Below, in pieces: positions 28,060-43,025 of a stretch of DNA of 64,000 nucleotides. The position numbers were made by a program, and so were the translations under genes. The notes under the pieces were generated by a model that did no database searches, had not been told where the DNA came from, and was given only the letters and a program-made list of their open reading frames with translations. The stretch comes from Octopus sinensis (Eukaryota): positions 28,272,001 to 28,336,000 of the forward strand of contig NC_043002.1 of assembly GCF_006345805.1 (NCBI RefSeq), written 5' to 3'. Position 1 is the first letter of the stretch, and the number at the start of each line of letters is the position of its first letter.

Positions 28060-28210
28060 ACAAAGCCAGCAATTTCGGAAGAGGGGGTAAATTGTTTACA
28101 TCGATGCCAGTGTTCAAGTGGCACTTATTTTATCAACCCCGGAAAAATGGACGGTAAAGTTAACCTTGGCGGCGTTTGAACTTAGAATGTAAAGACGGAT
28201 ATATGCTTAG
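28060..28210 (-). mobile_element. Degenerate SINE family B
   Basis: accttggcggcgtttgaacttagaatgtaaagacgg core. Confidence 0.7.
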
Positions 28211-28329
28211 TCTGCAACATCTCCAGCATTTTCTTGGCAGTAAGCAGGTGTTACCCCCATTTTTCATACATTTTTCATACATCTTTCATAGCTCATCTCA
28301 TTGACACCAAAATGCATTCAATGAACGCC

Positions 28330-29260
28330 GCTGATTCTGAGTCAACTCTATCTCGAAAGGCACAAGCTTATAATAGGCCCAGTCACTCGAACCATTCTCT
28401 CTGAATTCATCTACCTTTCGACAAATTTACTCGTTGGAGTAAAAGTCTCTTCCATTCTAGTCTCAACATTCATTTTAAGTGGAACTTGAGAAATGTCGAT
28501 GATGGCTTGGCCAAAATGAGAAGTGCCTGTCTTTCCCGGCCTAAAGAAGGGACGAAGCAATCATCACGGTGGAGAAGGCTGATAGCCGGATCCGTCCCAC
28601 ACGTGACAGCAGCTGTTCAACATAACTTTATATATCTCATCAATGTTCGAGCTCTCAACAAGCGCGTGCCAGACAACTTCGTCACGGGACTCGCATATTA
28701 GGTAGGCGTGGCTGGTCGTAACTACCATGCCTGTAGAGTTTACACTGAACCGACAATAACCCCGGTAGAACTGCCAGGACAAGTATTGATGGAAATTATC
28801 TATAGGCTGAGGCCCGAAAGTCTTCCAGAAAAGACCAGACAGTTGATTCTCTTCAATGTTCTGACTTACCCCCAATGATGTGGATCTTCTAACCCACCGT
28901 TAATCCTCTATAGAACGCCATAGTAGAATATCCACCGACCGCATTTCCGACTGACAAAAGGCTGAGAGTGCCTAATAGCACTTGAAAGGCTAGGTATCAT
29001 GCCATGATTTACGCCTTATCAATGTCTGCCGTTCTATCAATGAGATGAACAATGGCAAATGGCGTCATGCCTGCTTACCGTCAAGGAAAAGCTAAAGATG
29101 TCGCAGCATCAACATATGTTGAAATAGCCACATATATTGATACCAAAAAATAAACTGTCTAACCAGCGGAACATGTCCCTCCCCAGAGAGAGGAGTGCAA
29201 GCGCTCTATCTTGATCAGCAATGACGCTGGGCAAAAGTAGGCATTCACCTACTACACCCA
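28330..29260 (-). mobile_element. Tx1/L1-like LINE ORF2 3' remnant
   Basis: Minus-strand LFWKTFGPQPIDNFHQYLSWQFYRG and FLKFHLK match the motifs at ~13090-13130 and ~49700-49770. Confidence 0.65.
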
Positions 29261-29594
29261 GACCTTTACTAGACTAGCCATCCTGCTTGATAACTTCTCC
29301 CAGTACTTGTCAATCTGGAAGTCTGGACCAAATCAAGGCAAACCCCGAGTAATTTAAATGGTCCATCCGTCCAGCGCCCGTAACGGTATCGGATGCTATG
29401 GACCTGCCTCTTTAGGTGCCCAGTTGCAGGCCTAGCGATTTCTCCTCATTAATTTCTGCTCCTGTCACAGCCTCGTATTCCCTTAGACTAGTGCTGATTG
29501 ATCACATTGGTGTATTTAATGTCTGCTACTATGATGTATTTAATGTCCTCTATAAATCGAAAGAGGATAATATAATATTATTATACTTAATATT

Positions 29595-29828
29595 TATTTC
29601 TTTATTGCCCACAAGGGAATAAACATAGAGAGGAAAAACAAGGACAAACAAAAGAATTAAGTCGATTACATTAACCCCAGTGCGTAACTGGTACTTGTTT
29701 AATCGACCCTGAAATAATGAAAGGCAAAGTCGACCTCGGCGGAATTTGAACTCAGAACGTAACGGCAGGCAAAATACCGCTAAGCATTTCACCCGGTGTG
29801 CTAACGATTATGCTAGCTCGCTACCCTA
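29595..29828 (-). mobile_element. Full-length SINE family B with 15-bp target-site duplication
   Basis: attatacttaatatt at 29580-29594 and 29829-29843 brackets the element. Confidence 0.92.
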
Positions 29829-30324
29829 ATTATACTTAATATTATCGTGTTCAGATGTCAATAACCACCATTTGTGGTGGTACATCCAATAGCTACATTT
29901 CTATCATACACCAGCCCAAATGAGTAGGAATCATGCTCGTCATGCTTTTGTTTTTATTCATAACCGTATTGTAGCAAATCATCACTAAAAATTTACAGAA
30001 GAAATCATTTTCTCCTTGATCAACGAAATTTTCAATCTAGGCAATAGCTTTTGAGCAACCTTGACCAGACAAATTTAGACACAGGGCTAGGCGATTTGGG
30101 AAAAGGAGTTAGTCAATTTACATAGAACCCTAAACAGAACTGGGACTTATCGACCGCGAGAATATGAAAGGCAAAGTTAACCTGGAGATGTCGTAGCCTC
30201 AGTGCACGCCTACACATCATTAGCCCAACATGCCGCTGTCCTACCCAGAGAAACATATCTGAATACTGAAAAAGGGGGAGCAAGCGCTTCAGCTTCGTCA
30301 GTTCCGAAGAATTATTTACGAATT

Positions 30325-30520
30325 TAGACCCAAGGCCAACAATTCTGAGGAGAGAGAATTAGTCAATTACATGAAAACCATTACTGAACTGGTACTTTAT
30401 TTTATCGACACAGAAAGGATGACATTCAACGATAACTTTGAAGCTATTTGATAGCAGAACATAAAGACCTGGAAGAAACAACGCCTGACATTTTGTTCGA
30501 CGCTCTAACGTTTCATCCAG
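30325..30520 (-). mobile_element. Degenerate SINE family B
   Basis: actgaactggtactttattttatcgacacagaaaggatg...ctctaacgtttc. Confidence 0.6.
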
Positions 30521-30904
30521 GTCAACGGCATTGATGAAGAAATAATGAAATAGAAAAAAAGCTATATAATGAAAGGAAGGTGAGAATATAATCATAGAAA
30601 ATATAAAAATTAATGTATTTTTCTGCATTATTTATAATGGTTAATAAAATTTCGACTACAAGGTCCAAACACTGAAAAAGTTAGTACACATTACAACGGA
30701 TGCTATACATGAGAAGTGAAAAACGTCATACAGAGTAATAAAAGGTAAACTACTTTAACAAAGTGTGTATACCAGATAGATATATCTTATTTTAAAGAGG
30801 CATTTATTTTAGTATTGAAACGTAAACATTTCAAAGTATTTTCTAGTTGAAAATTATATTTTTTGAACGAAAGTTTTCTACTAAACCATGATTTTCGTAT
30901 TGTG

Positions 30905-30958
30905 TGTATATATATATATATATATATACTCCATTGTCTCCCGAGACAAAAAGGATGC

Positions 30959-31043
<85 letters not shown>

Positions 31044-31364
31044 TGATAAATAAATAGGTAGATAGATAGATAGATAGACGCATATATACAAATATACATA
31101 CACACACACAGACAGACATACGTAATATATACATACATATATGCATATATGCATATATTCATACCTATATATATTATATATATATACATATGAATATATA
31201 CATATATTTTATATGTGTATATATATATTTTACATGTATATATATATATATATATATAATATATATTATATATATATATAAACATGCATATACATGATAT
31301 ATAGTGTAATGTATAAATGCATACAGAGACAGAGAATGATTCGCACATATACACACACAATGAG

Positions 31365-31431
<67 letters not shown>

Positions 31432-31991
31432 ATTATAATTACGTGTGTGTTTGTGAGCGCGCGCGTATGTGTACGGGATTTTTATATGCCCGCATAAAGT
31501 ACATGTATCCTTTTATAAAAATCTACAAATATGTCAGTGTTTTAATGTGAAAATTTACAGAGAGAGAGAGAGAGAGAGCGCGCGCAACATTCACACGCAT
31601 GCATTCATAAATATCATTTTAAGTGTATGTATGTGTATGTATGTATGTGCATAAGTGTGCGTAAAACATCTAAAGTCCCTAAATACAGTTCTCTATTAAT
31701 GATCTTAACCTTAATCCTAACGACCACCACCACCAGTTCTACCCAATCGCCAAAAAGAAGACATGAATACTTAAATAAATTACAAACCCGAAAGAAAAAA
31801 ATGATGTCTACTAGTTGAACAAGCTGTCGTCTGGTTGGCTTCAGACAACTATTTCTCCGGACTTGCCTATATATATATAATATATATATATATTATATAT
31901 ATATATACAGAGAAAGGGAGACATATATTTAGACACATATATATATATATATATACATACAAATATATTTACATATACATACACACACTGG

Positions 31992-32025
<34 letters not shown>

Positions 32026-32110
32026 TATATATATATACACATATACATATATATGTGTATGTATGTATATGTATATGTATACATATAAATGTATGCATAT
32101 GTCGATGGAT
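30905..32110. repeat. (TA)n/(TAGA)n compound microsatellite region
   Basis: Direct inspection. Confidence 0.85.
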
Positions 32111-32479
32111 ATACATGTGCATATATGTATTGTCTATTCAAAATTTTCTATGAGTCAATTTATTCCTAAGGAGCTTTAAACTTGTCAATATATTCCCGCC
32201 ATTCAGGAACGGATTAACAATTATGGCGAACAACAATAAAAAAATTAGAAACATGTCGCACAAACAAACCTTCAGATTAGCAATCATTCACGTACAAACA
32301 AAGGAATGAGATCTTAAAGTCGTTGTCTCAGTTTTTTTATTTAGCGTCTTCAAATATCTTTTATTTAGGTACTTATTTATATATTTATTTATACACGGAT
32401 ATTGTTATCATTATCATCTATGTGGTATTTTGTTGTTGATTCTGCTGTTCTTGTCAGGTTACTGCTGTATTTGTTGTTG

Positions 32480-32511
<32 letters not shown>

Positions 32512-32584
32512 GTCGTCGTGGTCGTTATGTTGTTATTATGAGATAACATTACGCTGTGGAGAATATAGGCGTCCACCTTTTGTA

Positions 32585-32665
<81 letters not shown>

Positions 32666-32707
32666 CGCTGTTGTTGTTGTTGTTGTTGTTATTATCATTA
32701 TTATTAA

Positions 32708-32914
32708 CGCGGCGAGCTGGCAGAATCATTAGCACGCTGTACTAAATGCTTAGCGGTGTTTCCTCCGTCGTTACGTTCTGAGTTCAAATGCCGCCGAGGT
32801 CGACTTTGCTTTCCATCTTTTAGGGAGTCGATAAATTAAGTACCATTTGAATACTGGGGTAGATGTGATCGACTATTCCTACAAATTCTAGGCCTTATGC
32901 CTATAGTAGAAAGG
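32708..32914 (+). mobile_element. SINE family B, short-tail form ending in (ATT)n
   Basis: ggcgagctggcagaatcattagc (A box), ctgagttcaaatgcc (B box), 3' tagtagaaagg then (ATT)n. Confidence 0.92.
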
Positions 32915-32957
<43 letters not shown>

Positions 32958-32965
32958 TATTATTA

Positions 32966-33009
<44 letters not shown>

Positions 33010-33074
33010 ATTATTATTATTATTATTATTATCGCTGTTGTTGTTGTTGTTGTTGTTATTATCATTATTATTAA

Positions 33075-33281
33075 CGCGGCGAGCTGGCAGAATCATTAGC
33101 ACGCTGTACTAAATGCTTAGCGGTGTTTCCTCCGTCGTTACGTTCTGAGTTCAAATGCCGCCGAGGTCGACTTTGCTTTCCATCTTTTAGGGAGTCGATA
33201 AATTAAGTACCATTTGAATACTGGGGTAGATGTGATCGACTATTCCTACAAATTCTAGGCCTTATGCCTATAGTAGAAAGG
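33075..33281 (+). mobile_element. SINE family B, tandem duplicate of 32708-32914
   Basis: 367-bp offset; no differences seen by eye. Confidence 0.92.
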
Positions 33282-33336
<55 letters not shown>

Positions 33337-33487
33337 TATTATTATTATTATTTTTACCATCATCATTGTCATCATCATTATCATCATTTGCATCATCAGC
33401 ATCAGCATGATCATCATCATCATTGGCTTCGCCATTATAATTTCCAGTATTACTATTTTCACTTGAAAAGAACGTGATTTTCTGTAG

Positions 33488-33520
<33 letters not shown>

Positions 33521-34574
33521 CATTTCATAACGGTGGCAGTGATGGCAGTGGTACTCGTAGCGTTGTGGTAGTGGCCGATGTGATAATGATAGTAATGATG
33601 GTATGCGTTGAGGTTGTTCTTTTTGCCCTTGTTTTAATGATGGCAATCGTAGAAAATTTGTTTAATGATTGATATGGTTGTTGTTGTTGTGGTGGTGATG
33701 GTGGCGGTTGTGACGGTCGGGATTGTAGTCGGGGTGTGGAGGTGGTTGTAGCGGTGTTAGTGTGAGAGTAGTTATCCTGGTTATTGTGACTGTTGTTTTG
33801 AAGCTGGTGGTGCGGTAGTTATAGTTGTGATTATTGTTGTTGCGGCGGTAGTGGTGGTGGTGGTGGGGGCAGCGGCAGTGGCAGCGGCAGTGGCGGCGGG
33901 AGTGACGGCGGCAGTTGTGGCGGCAGTGGCGGCGGCGGAAGTGGGGGAGATGGTATTTTATGTGTTGTTGATGATACCGTTGATCCTAGTAATAATCACA
34001 ACGCTAACTGTAACGCCGGTGACATATCGATATATATTGATATTGATGATTCTATAGTGGTGTCATGATGCAAGACCAATATTCATGAATCCTGTTGACC
34101 ATAGCGAGATTGGTACGATTAATACTGAGCTTGAATATTTGAGCGGAAGCCGTGACAGGGTGATCAAGAGTTTTGCTTCGCAACTGCCGTGTTTCATGTT
34201 GAATTCCTATGCACAACACATTGGCAAGTCTCTTGTAGCATACCCGCCGCTCGCCGTATCCTAAAAGAAAAGGTATGGAAGTGATTAAAGAGATACTGCC
34301 TGTTTTGGGGGATCGATATAATCCTACGTCTAATTTAACTGACCCCGTTATCTGGACCTTGAGTGTCGCCTTTAGTGGAGTCCACATGTTGCTAACATTT
34401 GAGAATGAACACAGATGTTAGGAACACTTATTCTCTTTGTCTGGCCAGTTTTGAATGGACAAAAGGGGATTCCACAAAGTTAACGTCATGAAGAGGAGTA
34501 TTGATTGTAGTGATCAGAATGTGTCACACACACTCTTTCTTTCTCTCCCTCTCTCTCTCTCTCTCTTTCTCTTG

Positions 34575-34605
<31 letters not shown>

Positions 34606-37259
34606 TCACACAACACACACTCTCTCTCGCTCTCTCTTGCTCCCTCTCTCTCTCTATCTTTCTCTTACCTTCACTCTCCCTTTCTCAAGGCTGTGACAGG
34701 TAATCAAATATGACTTGAGTTTTAAAAAAATATTCCCACAATTTTTCATTTGCTCCTGGCATTCTAGATCAAATGTTGAGTACCGAAGTGTCAGTTGCAT
34801 GTAAAACAGTGAATAGAAAAAAGGCACAGGAATCATTAGAGGGACATTTACAAAGGCAAGTTGAATGTTCATAAAGGCGGGGTTGATTTCTTAGAAAGCT
34901 GAAATAATGCCTTCAGAGGTTCTATCAGGAAGGAGCATACATCATTCTGGCAGTCTGTAACACCTTATGCATCTATATCTTGAGGATTTTAAGACTCCTT
35001 GTTACCTTTAACATCGCTAGTGGGAGAGTTTAAAGTATCAGTGGTCAACGCCGAATGATGATAAACAACTTGGTGGATGCCATTGTTTAGGTTACTCAAC
35101 GAATAGTTTCGGGAGGAAGGAAATCGAGCGTGAGAAAAATGATTTGAGTGGCGAGGATCTGTTTAAAAATGAAAGAGATTGTAGGTGTGGTGTAGCACAC
35201 ACGAATTGGAGAGGTAGGGAGCAAATGGACGTCCGTTCGAAATAGCAAAGGTAAGAGTGATGTTGTGACCGAAAATATTCGTCGTATTGATGTGAGTGAG
35301 AGAGCAACCAAAAGATTTATGTTAAGGGAGTTCTTGAGCTGGATAGCTCAATTCCCTGACTGATCACTTTGACACCTGACGCGTTGTACACAGTACACCT
35401 GTTCAGACAATGTTGATTTGATGAGAGAGTAAGCTGTGGATCACGAACATTTGATCACTATAAATAAATCACTGGTGCAGGTCGTTTGGAAAACGTCGAA
35501 TACTCATACGTTGTCTTGGACGAGAGAGTCCATCATGCATATATAGTACCGCTAAATGCACATTCAGAGTTATATCCTCTAACATATTATTTGTTGTATG
35601 TGTGTGTATTCATGCGTGTACTTGTGTGAGTAATATCACTCTATGCATCTTTATAAAACACAATATCACAACAACACAGATTTTAGAATCATAAAGCTAG
35701 GCACCCATATACATAGCTGAACTCTATACCAATATGCTTAATCGTATTCACATACAGTTTTATATACACACATACACACGTGCCTCATTTATGAAACACA
35801 CACATTCATGTATGTGTGTATGTATTTACATATATGCGTAGGTACATATCTAAGAACAAGAGAAGGAGAGAGAGAGAGAGAGGGGTAGAAAGAGAGAGAG
35901 AAAGAGAGAGAAAGGGAGAACAAGGCTATATCAATATGTACATTCATATTCACATATAATTATACGCATATGCAGACACGCATATCACCGCCCTCCACAC
36001 CAGCATCACCACTAATAATGTTAACCTAATTAACAAACAGCACTGATTACTTATTTAATTACAATTCTTTGGTTCATCAAATCTGAGAAGTGAAAAATGT
36101 CATCAGCTCACATGCTTAATCATTCCTATACACACATATATGCATATACATACATGCATCGAAACACATATATGCATATACATACATGCATCGAAACACA
36201 TATATGCATATATCTATGCATATATCCGTACACACACATTTGCATAGTACATGCATCCAAACACATGCACTTATATATCCGTGCATACATCAATACACAT
36301 ACACATGCATACATGCATGCAAGCACGCACAATGCTAACGTACATAATGTAAACATACATGACTATTTGCTTGCAAGCACAGAAAGAGGCATACATTTAT
36401 TCGTACACACATTCACGCATAAATACATGCATACATATACACATACGAGTATATATAAGTACATGCATGCCAGCACTCATACGTAATTACAAGCTTGTAA
36501 GTGTATATATACACATAATCATATATATATAAATATATATACACGCAGGTGCATATACAAACATAACGAAATGCATGCAGACATACATCCATATATACAT
36601 ACATTATCTAAGCATGAATTATTCATGCGTACATACATATATTCTTACATACATAATTATATGCAAGCAAGTATACACACATCGAATGCATGTATACGTA
36701 TATATGGTTGTATTTATATATAAGCATACACATATAAGGAAAGTTCTGCACTTAGATGCATATAGGCAGGTACATATGGATTCTTCTGAAGAAAAATCGG
36801 TATATATATGGAACTCGCATGAGAAGCGGCAGAGTACTCCACAAACTCGTGTACCCTTGTAGTAATTTTCAAATATAAAAACGTGACTCAGTATGATAAG
36901 ATGGAGCTTTTGGATTACAGACATGATTCCGACTTCAATTTTTACAGTTTCTGATCACCAAAGTCTCTCATATTTACGTAGGCATGACTCAGCAGCAAAG
37001 GGCTTTGCTTCTCAGCCACGAGGTCCCGGATACTACTATCCCGCTACATTTACTATAGCCTCTGGTTGTCATATCTTTGTATATATGCATATCAACAGAC
37101 ATTCATATATATATGTATTATATATGTATTGGAAGTCCACCTGAAGATTGTCGATCAAGACAAGAAACGATTGTAGTGGCGGTTTTTGACTATTTATTAA
37201 AATTTTAGTATTGATTAAGTCTTTCCTTGCTTGTTTTTGAAAATAGTGGTTTTGATCTA

Positions 37260-37291
37260 AATATATATATATATATATATATAATATATAT

Positions 37292-37343
<52 letters not shown>

Positions 37344-37555
37344 ATATGTGTGTGTGTGTAGAGAGAGAGAGAGTGAGAGAGAGAAAGAGAGAAAGAGAGA
37401 GGGAGAGAGAGAGATGAAGAGAAGAGAAGGAAAGAGAAAGACACAGATAGATACACACACACATACACACATACATACATACATTCAAACATACATACAT
37501 ACATACGTACATACATACACACATACATACATACATACATACATACATACATACA

Positions 37556-37588
<33 letters not shown>

Positions 37589-37590
37589 TT
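37260..37590. repeat. (TA)n/(GA)n/(CATA)n compound microsatellite
   Basis: Direct inspection. Confidence 0.95.
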
Positions 37591-40539
37591 TATTGGTATT
37601 CAACTAAACACTATTACATTTAGAGGTTCAGATAGTAATATATACGCCAGAGAAACCAGGAAACTGGCCCTACGCTTCTTGGGGAGTAATGTGGGCTCAC
37701 CATAGTGTTTCGATAGATACTAAATTAATAATCAGTCGATTAATTATAAAAATATTGCCATTAAAATCAACTATTATTGCACTGAAAAATTACCCCACTC
37801 CCAGCAACACCACTATTACGCAGCTATTAACAGTTCAAACAGCACCACACACCACGAAACCCATCTCCGATAGTATCGCCATCAATATGACCACCGATAC
37901 TCGCAGCACTACTACCATCACTATAATCAACAACTCCATTAAAAACCCCCAAATAACCTCGAATACATCTACCAGCAACCACATCACCAATGCCACCAAA
38001 TCAACGTAAGGAATGTTCTCGGAGTTTAAATTCCGCCGTAATCAACTTCACCTTTCATCTTTTTTGAAGTCGATAAAATGTACTCAAGCATGGCTGAACT
38101 CTATAAACGTCAAACCTAATGCAAATTCTTATAGATGCGAAATAATGACTGCAAATTCTATATTTTAGAAGTGAGGTAACAATTGATCTACTGCAAGTAT
38201 GCAGTATACGTTTATTCCAATTTGAAATGTACGTCGCTTCGGGATATTTTGGAGTGATAGCAGTAAAATGGTTAATTCTTCATAAAGATATCTAACTTTA
38301 GTCAACTAATAGTTAAATCATTTTGTGTATTTTTTGATTTAATAATTATGGTCACATTGAATAAAAATATAGTGAAGAAGGCATTTTCACGAAGCATATC
38401 AAATAAGGAATAAACTTATTCGAAGTTGACTCTCTTATTTGTCGAAAAAAATTATAAACGATATTGGTCATAGAATAATATTGTTTAATTATGGTTAATG
38501 GAGGAGGTGCTGGTGGTGCTGGTAATGGAAGGGATGTTGGTGGTGCCACTGGTACTTGTGCTGATGCTGGGGCTGGTGTTGGAGATATAAGTGGTATTTG
38601 TAGGGTATATTTTCTTTGGGTCTGGAGGAAAGAAAGTGTCCATAAACCTTTACAGAGTTTTCGAGATTAGTAGGTGCGAGGAAAGAAGTCATCCTTAAAC
38701 GGAGAACTAGCCCGAATACATGCAACAGAACGGGCTCTGCTAAAGACACACAAACTGCCAGGCGGATGTATTAAACCTGACGGCGGATTAAGTCTACTAC
38801 GCAAATAAGCTATGAAGGTATTTGAATTCAGGCCTCAAGGAGCCTGAACAAATACTGCAAAGCATCTCTTTCGACGTCCTTACAGTTCCAACAATTCACA
38901 CCCTTTGATTAGTATTTTATTTCTCAACATCTAAAGAATTGAAAGCAAAATTGACTTCGAAGAGATGTGAGCTGGGGATGTAGTCTCTGCATTGAGGTTG
39001 TGGTATAGGTGACGTGGTAGACGATGGTTGTCGTTGTAGAGGTTAAGTTGGTGTTTGTGAGATGTCGTTGGAAGTGCGATAGAGACAAAGTTAAAGAATA
39101 GCTTTTTAAAAAGAAACAAAGAAAAAATTGAGGCCGACTGATGTTTCTCTATTGACCATTTTTAGATTATATTTTACAATGTCTTCAATCTATTTACAAG
39201 AAATTTTCTTTTTTCGAAATATTTACGCATAACTCCATCCCACCCTTCCCTTGTAAACATTCCACATTATACAGTATTTTCCATCAATACTTTCATATAC
39301 CCACATTTTCTCGTAACCGGAAACTCAAATATTACTTACGATTAATACTGTTTGCGTAAGTCTGATTCAGGTAAAGGAGTGTTTAAGTTGCAGATCGACC
39401 TGCAAGAATTAACTGCCGAATAATCAACAAAATTCACTTCATTGTTTATAAGGGAGAATACACATAAGTTAATCCATAATATCACATGTTGGAAAATTAG
39501 ACGGCACTATCAATCACATCATTAATATTGACCAAACAATGAAAATTCGATACACAGAAACATATGTTCCAACACCACACATGTGGCCGATATTCGAAAG
39601 AGAAAATACTTTGCGAACCTCGCGTCATATATTTTACCATTGAGACTTTTCAAAGCGTATTATTAAACCACTCGCTGCATTCTCTCTCTTAAACTCCACT
39701 GTTACTGTCAGATATGACCCTTGCAAGCCATATACAACTGCTCCGCCTACTCAGACAAGTCCATAAAAACATGCTCATATAACTTAAAACGTTTGATTTC
39801 TCTTTGGAGACAAATTAAGCCGCAGTGCTTTTGTAGCAGTTTCGTTTATAAAAGAGAACATTTTTCATGTCACCCCGGCTCTTTTACGACAACGCCTTAT
39901 CAACGAAAACAAAACCAAACAAATTAAATTCTCCTTTAACACGTTGACTCTTATGTGACACTTCTCTTAATTGAAAGCTTGGTAGAGCTACAGAGCGTTG
40001 CAGAACGATGCAGGGAGGTGGAGTTGTAGAAGTGTTCTTTATCAAAATATCATATTTCAATTTTTATGAAAATATTGACACAGTGCAGCAATTATTGCTA
40101 GCAAAGAGAAGGGAGGAGATAGGGTTGAGCATAACGACAGATAAGGACATTGAGTGGGGAGATTAAAGGGCAAAATAGTGAAGAAAATTGTCAAACAGAC
40201 AGTCAAATAAACAAAGAGTTTATCAAGCAAATATAGAACCATCGAGAGATACTATTAAACAAATGAAATACACACCAACACACCACAAACAAACACACAT
40301 AGACACGCAAAGAAACACACATACACACAAACACAAACACAAACACAAATATACTCTGCAAAGCAAACACACAAATACACACCGCAAAATAAACACATAC
40401 AGAAAGTAACAAACAAAACGAAGAGAAATATGAAAGACAAGGAAATAAACAACACTTCAACTTCTAAATTGAAATTAATATTACAGAAATCACACACCAA
40501 CACACTATCCCACACACTAGCGTATCAACAACTTTCTCT

Positions 40540-40684
40540 CTCTCTCCCCTTCTCTCTCTCTCTCTCTCTCTCTGTCACTCTCTTTCTCTCACTCTTTCTC
40601 TCACACACATACACATACACACGCGCGCGCACATACACACACACATACGCACACACATGCACACGCACACACACACGCACACAC

Positions 40685-40717
<33 letters not shown>

Positions 40718-40719
40718 GA

Positions 40720-40806
<87 letters not shown>
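40540..40806. repeat. (CT)n/(CA)n/(TA)n compound microsatellite
   Basis: Direct inspection. Confidence 0.95.
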
Positions 40807-40809
<3 letters not shown>

Positions 40810-41865
40810 AAATGCAGATGCGTTGCAGAATCACATATACATACACCACGCCCTAATTTTTTATATTTAATTATTTTTCAAATATAAAATAAGAAATTAC
40901 AAAGAAAAAAATGAAAAATAATTTTTTAAAAAATGTAACTAATCAAGGAATCTTTCAAAGACATATTGAAATCATTCAGAAAATTGTTTCCTCCATCTTC
41001 ATTTCCAAAATCTATTTTTAATGGCGTAATCTAATAGTCTTCATATGGTGTTCCTTTCACTGCTTTTATCACAGATTTTTCCGGTTCTTCATCGCTGTTT
41101 TTCTAGTTCTTGATATCCTTGTTGTTGTTATTGTTATCGTTGTTGTTTGTACTGTTTATATCGTTGTCTTTGTATTTACTTGTCAGTGCTTTTATACTGT
41201 TGTTGTTATAACTATTTCTTTTTCTCTCTCTCTCTTTGTTTTTTTTTTTTGTCATTTCTTCTTAATTTCATTATTATTATACTCCTGGAGCAAAATATGT
41301 CATTTGATAAACGTGAAAGGAAAGAAAATTTTAAAGAAAAAAATGGTACAAAATATATATAAACAGATGATTTCTTTTTTTTTTTATTTTCCTAAAGAAA
41401 TAAATAAACATATATATCCAGTCAAATGAATTAAAAGCCAGTAAACATTGCCTTGCGCTTTTCATTGAGCTACCATCTTTATTGCATTTTTTATATCTTA
41501 TTATCATTTTAAACATTTATTAATATTTTCATCTTCGTATTTATTATTTATCAGTATATTTACTATTATGCTCTTTTAAATAAATCAATAAACAATAAAT
41601 GACATAAAGAGATTATTTTGATTATTAATATTATTATTATCATTATCGTTATTATTATCGTATTATTATATTTTATATCGGATTTTATTTTATTATTCAA
41701 AAACTACACAATAAAACAGGAAGAAAATTATTATTTTTGTTGTTGCTGTTGTTATTCATATTCTACAGTCATCTTTTTATATATATTTTTATATTTACGA
41801 TTTTGTTTACTTTAATTTCTGTCAATTTTTTTCAGTTTCTGTTATTATTCATACATTTTATTTAC

Positions 41866-41927
<62 letters not shown>

Positions 41928-41944
41928 TATTATTATTATTATTA

Positions 41945-41993
<49 letters not shown>

Positions 41994-42539
41994 TCGATGT
42001 CTTTTCATACTACTTGTTCTTTACATTTTATTTTATTGATGTGATATTTATTAACTTTTCTTTATATTACCCATCTTTCACATTTATCTTTATTTTAGTT
42101 ATAAATTTCAAGTTTATCCTCTCAGTACACAAACAAAAACACACACATAAACATATGCGTAAATGCATTTAAACATATCCATAAATTTACACATTTACAC
42201 ATACACCTACATGTACGTATACACATAAACCTACGTAAGCAGAACACAGACAGATTTTAAAATATTCATATAACTATGTGCGTGCGTGTGTATGTGTGCG
42301 CGTGTGCGCGTGTGTGTGTGTGCGCGCGTGCGCGTGTGTATGTAAGTGTGTATGTACGTGTATGTACGTGTATCTACGCGCTTATGCATACACATACACA
42401 TTCACTTTCACATACATCTACACATAAACGTTCCCTTACGCACAGAGATACTCACATTTACATACATAATGATATACACATACATCTGCACACACTGACG
42501 CACACTGCCATCTTTAGTAGAGACAACGGTGATAAATCT

Positions 42540-42694
42540 GAGTACAATGATGATGATGATGAGAAGGAGGGCTGGGGTGATGAGGGTGATGATGATGATG
42601 AAGCTGATAGTGATGATGATCAGGCGATAGGGATGTTGATGACGACGGCAGTGATGCTGCTGCTGCTGCTGTTGATGATGATGATTAAGATGAA

Positions 42695-42745
<51 letters not shown>

Positions 42746-42884
42746 GATGATGATGATGATGAGGAGGAGAATGACGGCGATGCTGAGGCTGTTGATATAG
42801 ATGATGATTACAACAAAGACGATGACGACAGCGGCGATGACATTGATGAGGACGACGACGACAAAGACGACGACGATGATGATA

Positions 42885-42977
<93 letters not shown>

Positions 42978-43025
42978 ATAAGTCTGTTTATAATGATGAG
43001 GCTATTGATGAGATGATCATGATGA
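42540..43025. repeat. (GAT)n-rich trinucleotide repeat region
   Basis: Direct inspection; poly-Met/Asp ORFs are artefacts. Confidence 0.95.

Noticed and set aside
42276-43016. Poly-Met/Asp ORFs
   Set aside because: (GAT)n microsatellite artefacts.
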